Positions 63,160-64,000 of a stretch of DNA of 64,000 nucleotides are shown piece after piece. Position 1 is the first letter of the stretch; the number at the start of each line of letters is the position of its first letter. The position numbers were made by a program, and so were the translations under genes. Source of the DNA: Stegostoma tigrinum. Lineage: Eukaryota. Under the pieces are notes generated by a model that saw only the letters and a program-made list of their open reading frames with translations, ran no database searches and was not told where the DNA came from. The DNA is taken from contig NC_081355.1 in the NCBI RefSeq assembly GCF_030684315.1, positions 122,218,674 to 122,282,673 of the forward strand. Reading direction: 5' to 3'.

Positions 63160-63275
63160 AAGAATTGATGGAAGCTTATCATCATTTCAAGTATATTGGT
63201 AACGACATGCCACATGTTTCCCACAATGTGATAGCTAGAGAGAAAAAAAGAGATTCAGATGTTATTCCTGAATGA

Positions 63276-63489
63276 GATAACAAAGTACGGAGCTGAAGGA
63301 ATACAGCAAGCCAGGCAGCATCAGAGGAGCTGGGAAGCTGACGTTTCGGGTCGGGACCCTTTTTCTGAAGAAGGGTCCCAACGCGAAATATCAACTTCCC
63401 TGCTCCTCTGATGCTGTCTACACTGCTGTTTTTCTCCAGCTCCACGCTGTGTTATCTCAGTCTCCAGCATCAGCAGTTCTTACTATTTC
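63276..63489. mobile_element. Palindromic family-A mini-element
   Basis: Centre gggaccctttttctgaagaagggtccc; TSD ttattc(c/t)tgaatga at 63262-63275 and 63490-63503. Confidence 0.9.
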
Positions 63490-64000
63490 TTATTCTTGAA
63501 TGATGTGTGTTGCATTTTCTTGCAGACTTTTTTTGGATGTTCAAGTGAACTGCTGCTTCTGTAGTGATCATTCTGTGGAACACAGCGTTAAATGCAGACA
63601 CAGTTGGCCTCCCACCTCTGCACTCTAATTATCAGCAAAAGTAAGAGAGACTGGTGCTCTTGCATTCAGAGAAATGTTACTGGAGCAGAATACTTCTGCA
63701 AGGCAGGCTATTTCTTCAGGGTCCATGTACCACAATGATGTCCTTTGTAGCAGTACTTGAGCGTGAGTGATAGCACTCAGTCCCCATTCTATTCTGGGTG
63801 ATTGAGAATATAACCATAGAGTTAACTCAGCAAAGGGAAGATGGCATAGTCTTCACTCCAGGAAAATGTTGGAAGTCTGGTGATGGAGCAATAGTGACAT
63901 AGAATCATCATTATTGTTCAAATCTTGTAGAGATCAGGTTGTTCCTGGAGCATTTTTCCATGGAAATGACATTTATGACAGGCTTATTGGAATTAATGGG

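Noticed and set aside
1-64000. The many 60-200 aa ORFs as host genes
   Set aside because: Those I can identify are transposon fragments or their antisense frames; the rest show no recognisable domain or consistent exon structure. Small exons could still be missed without RNA-seq.
63560-64000. Possible minus-strand Harbinger transposase C-terminal remnant
   Set aside because: Similarity too degenerate to support without a profile search

Overview
This is repeat-dense, non-coding vertebrate DNA. The repeat families (HE1-type V-SINEs, HER1/CR1 LINEs, Penelope-like elements, Gypsy, Rex/Babar, PIF/Harbinger relics) point to a cartilaginous fish, probably a shark; that assignment is inference. I found no convincing host protein-coding exon, and the long ORFs I can identify are transposon fragments or their antisense frames. 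The main signal is about 20 short Penelope-derived insertions carrying a minimal hammerhead-ribozyme motif (CUGAUGA-A-stem II-GAAA-CGUC), most flanked by 8-16 bp target-site duplications (TSDs). Seven are fold-back palindromes, each with one 'long' and one 'short' end, and their breakpoints cluster at the ribozyme core. One insertion (16081-16753, 14-bp TSD) contains a 327-bp inverted copy of the DNA next to its own target site. A second, independent templated inverted insertion lies inside a CR1 at 28219-28820. All coordinates were read by eye; the boundaries of old repeats are approximate.
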